Assembly: GCA_017505585.1 (NCBI GenBank)
Contig: JAFVOZ010000030.1
Coordinates: 1 to 40,993 of the forward strand
Reading direction: 5' to 3'
Origin: a bacterium
GTDB lineage: Bacteria > Cyanobacteriota > Vampirovibrionia > Gastranaerophilales > Gastranaerophilaceae
DNA length: 40,993 nucleotides
This document shows positions 39,107-40,993 of the stretch, piece after piece; the stretch's first letter is position 1; every line of letters starts with the position of its first letter. The notes beneath the pieces were generated by a model that saw only the letters and a list, made by a program, of their open reading frames with translations, was not told the origin of the DNA and did not search any database. The position numbers were made by a program, and so were the translations under genes.

Positions 39107-39177
39107 AATCTCTCCTTGACTTTCATTTTCTATTTGTTAACAATAATAATAGTTTAGACAAAGTGAGGTGTCAACTA

Positions 39178-39984
39178 ATGGGTAATGAAAATAATAATTT
39201 AGGTTTTATTGGAGCGGGCAAAATGGCAAATGCCATTATGAAAGGAATTATTGGAAGCGATTTTTTGCCTGTTGATTCAATCTATATTTATGATAAAAAC
39301 CAAGACACCTTAAAATGCGCCGCAAAAAATCTTAAGGTTCAAGCTGTTGAAAGTATAGATGAGCTTTTGCAAAAATGCCCCACAATTATGATTGCAACTA
39401 AACCTTTTGTGATTAATGAAATATTGGATACAATTCACGATAAAATCAGAAATCACCTTGTAATATCAATTCTTGCGGGGGTTTCAACCGAAAAAATCGA
39501 AGCGAAACTTGGTAAAACAAGAGTAATTAGGGTCATGCCAAACACTCCTGCTCTTGTGCAAGACGGCATGTCAGCAGTTTGCAAGGGAAAATATGCATTT
39601 GACGGCGATACTGAATTTGTTTTAGATATGTTTTCAAAACTTGGGAAAGCTGTTCAAACCGATGAAAAATACATTGATTTAATCACTGCAATATCAGGTT
39701 CGGGCCCTGCATTTTATTACTACATTATTGATAAAATTGCGCGGGCTGGTGCAAAGCTTGGGCTTGATTACGAAACAGCACTTATTTTTGCGGCTCAAAC
39801 CGCGCTCGGTAGTGCAAAAATGATATTGGAAACGCCGGAATCTGTTGAAGAATTAATTAGGAACGTAACAACTCCTGGTGGCTGCACAGAAGTTGGGAAT
39901 AACATTCTCTCTAATTCTAAAACTGAAGAGGTTTTATTCAAAACAATTAAAAGAACCATGGAAAAAGCAAAAAGCTTGGGTTAA
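39178..39984 (+). CDS. proC: Pyrroline-5-carboxylate reductase
   Basis: GFIGAGKMANAI (Rossmann motif), RVMPNTPALV, and TTPGGCTE near the C-terminus. The ATG at 39178 has GAGG 8 nt upstream. Confidence 0.9.
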   Translation: MGNENNNLGFIGAGKMANAIMKGIIGSDFLPVDSIYIYDKNQDTLKCAAKNLKVQAVESIDELLQKCPTIMIATKPFVINEILDTIHDKIRNHLVISILAGVSTEKIEAKLGKTRVIRVMPNTPALVQDGMSAVCKGKYAFDGDTEFVLDMFSKLGKAVQTDEKYIDLITAISGSGPAFYYYIIDKIARAGAKLGLDYETALIFAAQTALGSAKMILETPESVEELIRNVTTPGGCTEVGNNILSNSKTEEVLFKTIKRTMEKAKSLG

Positions 39985-40604
39985 TTAAGCCTGTTCTCAA
40001 GTTGCAGAATATCGAGTTCTTTGAACTTGCCGATTTTTTTATAATCTGCACCCCTTGATATGTTTTGCGCTAAAATCGCGCCTAAAATTCCTTCTAAATT
40101 TGAAGCCGGGAGCATGTTGTCGGGCAAATCAAAGCCATATTTTATCTCGAGCGATGTTTGCATATCTTTGCAATCAAGAGAGTTTCTCTCGGGGTAGTTT
40201 GGGGTGAGTGACAGAGCTTGTCTTAATTGGAAATTGAAGTATCTAAAAACGCAGTTGCCCTCAAGAAGCAGGTTGTGAAAAAACCTTGAGCATCGAGGAG
40301 TTAGGCGGTTTGTCCAATTGTTTGCATTCACTTCAAAATGGTTCGAGAGTTCTTTGTAGCTTTTTGCAGACATTCTCCATTTCCCGTCAAGCAAAGAAGT
40401 ATCTTGTGCAAGAGAAATCGCGATAATTGAATTTTCAATTGAGTTGAAATTTTTAAAGAAAAATTCAATATCTTCATCAGAATACAGTTTATCAAGCAAA
40501 GTCACTTCATTGTTTTTGTTGATAACCGCAACGCCTGAATCGTAATTTGAATTTGGCGCAAGAGATAATCCAATAAAAAATTGTTTGTCGGATACGTTTT
40601 CCAT
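39981..40604 (-). CDS. Hypothetical protein (207 aa), possibly RNase H-like fold
   Basis: The N-terminus FFIGLSLAPNSNYDSGVAVINKNNEV resembles the first beta-hairpin of RuvC/RuvX/DUF429-type proteins, but Ser occupies the position where the catalytic Asp is usual. Resemblance is by eye only. The stop overlaps the proC stop (TTAA). Confidence 0.5.
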   Translation of the reverse strand: MENVSDKQFFIGLSLAPNSNYDSGVAVINKNNEVTLLDKLYSDEDIEFFFKNFNSIENSIIAISLAQDTSLLDGKWRMSAKSYKELSNHFEVNANNWTNRLTPRCSRFFHNLLLEGNCVFRYFNFQLRQALSLTPNYPERNSLDCKDMQTSLEIKYGFDLPDNMLPASNLEGILGAILAQNISRGADYKKIGKFKELDILQLENRLN

Positions 40605-40649
40605 ATTTTTTAAGTATAATTGTTAAGTATTAACTAATCAAGTGAAACA

Positions 40650-40913
40650 ATGGATAAAGAACAGAAAAAATTTATTTCAGGGACTTTCTTTTTTCTTTTG
40701 GGTTGTGCGTTTGTAAGCATTATTCCGATTGTTTTTAGATGGCTTGATTGGTATTATTTTTTCTCTGCCGCTCAATATGTAAATCTTGCTATGTTGTTTG
40801 CTATTATCGGGTTGCACACGTTTCTTACAAGCAATAGTAATTACGAAAAACAAGTTTTTGTGTGTTTGCTTGGAATTTTTGTCATATTTTTCTGCAGACT
40901 TTTTTACATGTAG
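40650..40913 (+). CDS. Hypothetical small membrane protein (87 aa, about 3 TM)
   Basis: Three hydrophobic segments are visible. A TATAAT lies at 40615..40620 in the divergent spacer upstream. Confidence 0.45.
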   Translation: MDKEQKKFISGTFFFLLGCAFVSIIPIVFRWLDWYYFFSAAQYVNLAMLFAIIGLHTFLTSNSNYEKQVFVCLLGIFVIFFCRLFYM

Positions 40914-40993
40914 CTCCTCAAACCTTTGCATGTATTGATTTTTAGTATTGTGCATGCTATAAAAACAATATAGTTACATTAAATTTGCCTAAG

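Noticed and set aside
39107-39177. Possible replication origin next to rpmH
   Set aside because: rpmH often neighbours dnaA/oriC, but this spacer is only 71 nt. No dnaA or dnaN gene is present, and I saw no cluster of TTATCCACA-like boxes. Only isolated TTATCCAAA matches occur, inside coding regions.

Overview
This window is an AT-rich, very gene-dense chromosomal segment from a low-GC diderm bacterium. Spacers are mostly under 100 nt and many neighbouring genes overlap by 1-35 nt. The content is almost entirely core housekeeping.

Gene order:
- A partial pseudo-receiver/GGDEF-like regulator (minus strand, runs off the 5' edge, absent from the ORF track).
- A three-gene membrane-protein operon.
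- coaE (interrupted), recJ.
- A minus-strand envelope operon: AsmA/TamB-like giant protein, TPR protein, lgt and a hypothetical.
- DUF151 nuclease and a YnbB-like PLP enzyme.
- eno.
- Orn/Lys/Arg decarboxylase, dGTPase-like, dnaG and rpoD.
- An orphan prepilin-like gene, then speE-aroA.
- engB.
- A minus-strand operon: DUF4127, waaA, yjbQ-like, M24 aminopeptidase and SpoU methyltransferase.
- A truncated dcw cluster: murF-mraY-murD-ftsW-murG followed by folC.
- rpmH-rnpA, proC and two small hypotheticals.

I found no rRNA, tRNA, CRISPR array, transposase/integrase or recognisable defence system.

Items worth a second look:
1. coaE carries a single in-frame TGA, with conserved motifs on both sides.
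2. A 5'-truncated paralogous pilin C-terminal remnant lies in the 3' region of the intact prepilin-like gene.
3. The edge regulator has substituted REC and GGDEF catalytic positions but an RxxD at I-site spacing.
4. A translationally coupled pair of paralogous uncharacterised membrane proteins sits opposite that regulator.
5. DUF4127 is tightly coupled to the Kdo transferase.
6. Two phased GGG-containing repeats lie upstream of dnaG.

The sigma-70 C-terminus (RHPNR..LKEYI) together with the diderm envelope genes hints at a Melainabacteria/Vampirovibrionia-like lineage. This cannot be established without a database search. All functional calls come from motif recognition by eye, not from searches.
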